Positions 62,282 through 64,000 of a stretch of DNA of 64,000 bases are shown here, in pieces. The stretch's first letter is position 1; each line of letters begins with the position of its first letter. The notes under the pieces were generated by a model that did no database searches, had not been told where the DNA came from, and was given only the letters and a program-made list of their open reading frames with translations. Both the position numbers and the translations under genes were made by a program. Source of the stretch: Blastocatellia bacterium (lineage in GTDB: Bacteria > Acidobacteriota > Blastocatellia > RBC074). The stretch covers positions 1,892 through 65,891 of the forward strand of contig JBGAPB010000001.1 in the NCBI GenBank assembly GCA_044221525.1, written 5' to 3'.

Positions 62282-64000
62282 ATGGCATCCATCCGTCGTT
62301 CCGAATCCTTTCCGGCCCAATTCTTTTCAAATCGTAACCGTTTCTTTAAGCATTTGACTGTTCGCTCCAGCCGTTCGGCAATTATTTTAGCCAGCTTGGC
62401 GCTGTTGCTGCTTGGCGCGCTGCGTTTTGGCAACTTGCTGCCAGCAATGCGAGCCGCCGCGACGGTTCAAAACAGCGTCTCAGTAACCAGTGTTTCGGCG
62501 GCCAGCTATGTTCCTTCCCCGGCGCCGCTTGGACAGAATTCAATTGCCGCGGCATTCGGAACCGAACTGGCATCAGGCCTTCAAGTCGCAACGACCCAGC
62601 CTTTGCCGACAACGCTTGGCGGAACGACGGTAACGGTCGGAGGCATTGCGGCTCAGTTGTTTTTCGCTTCGCCGGGGCAAGTCAATTATCTGGTTCCGTC
62701 CAATGTCCCGCCCGGTGATGCGGAGGTGGTGGTAACTGCCAACGCGATCAATGGAGACCAGATTGTTTCGCGCGGCCAAATCAAAGTTGCAGCCAGCGCG
62801 CCTGCCATCTTCACCGCCAATTCCAACGGAGTAGGCGTTCCAGCTGCAGTCACTGGCCGCGTTAATGCCAATAACCAGTTTGTCTTCGATCCGAATCCGC
62901 CGTTTGAACCTGATCCAGTCACACCGGGACGATTGATAGCCTCGCCAATTGACGTAGGCACATCCACTCAACCGGCGTTTTTGATTTTGTACGCTACTGG
63001 ACTCCGAAACGCCGCCGCAGGTTCCGTCAGGGCGATCATTGGCGGCATTGAAGTTCCGGTCGAGCCGGTCGCCGCTCCGGGCTTTACGGGGCTGGATCAA
63101 GTCAACTTGCAGATTCCGCTCAGTTTGAAAGGACGCGGTCTGGTGGACGTGTCAATTGTTGCCGCTGGAGTTTCGTCAAATTCAGTCGCGGTCAATCTGG
63201 CCGGGACGCCCAGCGCCACGCTGGCCATCACAAGTTTCAGCATCACCGAAGCCGCAATTGCCGGACAAACCATCAGCATCAACGGCAATGGATTTTCGAC
63301 CAACGCAGCCGACAATGTCGTTCGTTTCGGGTCGGCTCAGGCTCGCGTCATTGCGGCGACGACGAATCAGTTGACGGTGATCGTTCCTTTCGGAGCCGAA
63401 TCCGGGCGAGTGTTGATTCAAAACCAGTTGGGTGAAACCCGCAGCGCGGCTTCGTTTAGAGTCAAAACTTCGCTGAGCGGAATTGTGCAATCAACCGGTT
63501 CGACAACTTCAGAGCCTGTGCCGTTGGAAGGGGTGGCAGTTCGCGTCGTCGGAACGAACATCAGCGTGCGAACCAATTTGCAGGGAGCTTTTGTCGTGGC
63601 GGATGTTCCGCCCGGCCCGGCTCAGGTTGAAGTTGACGGAGCGACGACGAACGTTTCGCCGCCATTCCCGCGCATCACGCTGAAGAAAACTGTCCTTGCC
63701 GACCGCGACAATCAGATCGTCCAACCCGTCAGTTTGCAGCAAACCAATGGCGGTTCAGGCACTGTTGGCAGCTTTGATGGTGATGGGGCGTCGGTGGCCG
63801 GTGATCGGTTGTCGGTTGTCGGTGACCAGTTAATGGCCGCGTTGAATCAAAAGCGGCGGGCGACGAACGAAGCCGAATCGCCGACCACTGACAACCGGCA
63901 ACCGACCGCCAAACAACAAGGAGCAAACAAAAACACAGTCATTTCCGACCAGGGCGTTTCGCTGGAAGTTCCGATTGGGACAACGATGAAATTTCCAGAC
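62282..64000 (+). CDS. Large secreted protein (partial): SAASY…PLPTTLGG (TIGR03437-like) β-sandwich, IPT/TIG-like and carboxypeptidase-regulatory-like domains
   Basis: Manual translation from ATG 62282 (GGGAGA SD) is open to the window end; absent from the ORF track because it runs off the edge. Confidence 0.55.
   Translation, partial: MASIRRSESFPAQFFSNRNRFFKHLTVRSSRSAIILASLALLLLGALRFGNLLPAMRAAATVQNSVSVTSVSAASYVPSPAPLGQNSIAAAFGTELASGLQVATTQPLPTTLGGTTVTVGGIAAQLFFASPGQVNYLVPSNVPPGDAEVVVTANAINGDQIVSRGQIKVAASAPAIFTANSNGVGVPAAVTGRVNANNQFVFDPNPPFEPDPVTPGRLIASPIDVGTSTQPAFLILYATGLRNAAAGSVRAIIGGIEVPVEPVAAPGFTGLDQVNLQIPLSLKGRGLVDVSIVAAGVSSNSVAVNLAGTPSATLAITSFSITEAAIAGQTISINGNGFSTNAADNVVRFGSAQARVIAATTNQLTVIVPFGAESGRVLIQNQLGETRSAASFRVKTSLSGIVQSTGSTTSEPVPLEGVAVRVVGTNISVRTNLQGAFVVADVPPGPAQVEVDGATTNVSPPFPRITLKKTVLADRDNQIVQPVSLQQTNGGSGTVGSFDGDGASVAGDRLSVVGDQLMAALNQKRRATNEAESPTTDNRQPTAKQQGANKNTVISDQGVSLEVPIGTTMKFPD

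Noticed and set aside
62382-63926. Minus-strand ORFs (76–175 aa) near the window end
   Set aside because: They overlap the long plus-strand secreted-protein ORF, and their translations are Arg-rich.
1-64000. tRNA, rRNA and other canonical RNA genes
   Set aside because: I found no stretch with tRNA cloverleaf hallmarks (GTTCGAATC-type T-arm, CCA-adjacent acceptor pairing) or rRNA-like conserved blocks on reading. The check was manual scanning only.

Overview
This 64-kb window reads as bacterial chromosome, probably from an Acidobacteriota-like genome. That assignment is an inference from gene content: two large carboxypeptidase-regulatory-like TonB-dependent-receptor-type outer-membrane proteins, a 'SAASY…PLPTTLGG' Ig-like secreted protein, and many signal-peptide proteins. 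Most of the window is housekeeping. Recognisable genes include meaB, methylmalonyl-CoA epimerase, mtnP, dapF, cutA, pdxA, citrate synthase, pyrD, pyrF, hom, ndh, msrB, feoB with a DtxR/FeoA regulator, an OmpR/HAMP two-component pair, and an aquaglyceroporin next to arsC. I found no rRNA, tRNA or CRISPR array. Two edge-truncated genes are missing from the ORF track: a DUF4126 membrane protein on the minus strand at 1..464, and a large secreted Ig-like protein on the plus strand from 62282 onward.

The most unusual part is an AT-richer stretch on the minus strand at about 11.1–19.8 kb. It has long noncoding gaps and a co-oriented gene set:
- a 1094-aa patatin-like phospholipase fused to a large polytopic membrane domain;
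- a SARP/BTAD-type regulator with an unknown N-terminal domain;
- a 333-aa protein of unknown function;
- a 17-cysteine cytoplasmic protein with a strong ribosome-binding site;
- a DUF1360 membrane protein;
- an overlapping small ORF.
This stretch is followed by a GTG-initiated Hfq-like Sm protein that has an unusual basic N-terminal extension and a poly-Asp tail.

Other items worth a second look:
- an orphan bacterial-microcompartment BMC-H shell protein (10652..10972);
- an 852-aa protein with zinc-ribbon, FHA, GspE_N/MshEN-like, FHA, transmembrane and periplasmic domains (30851..33409);
- a histone-H1-like protein carrying a (AAPAKK)n 36-bp tandem repeat;
- a secreted (RDDRR)n protein;
- an S41 protease whose domains fall in three reading-frame segments;
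- very long perfect hairpins in several intergenic regions.
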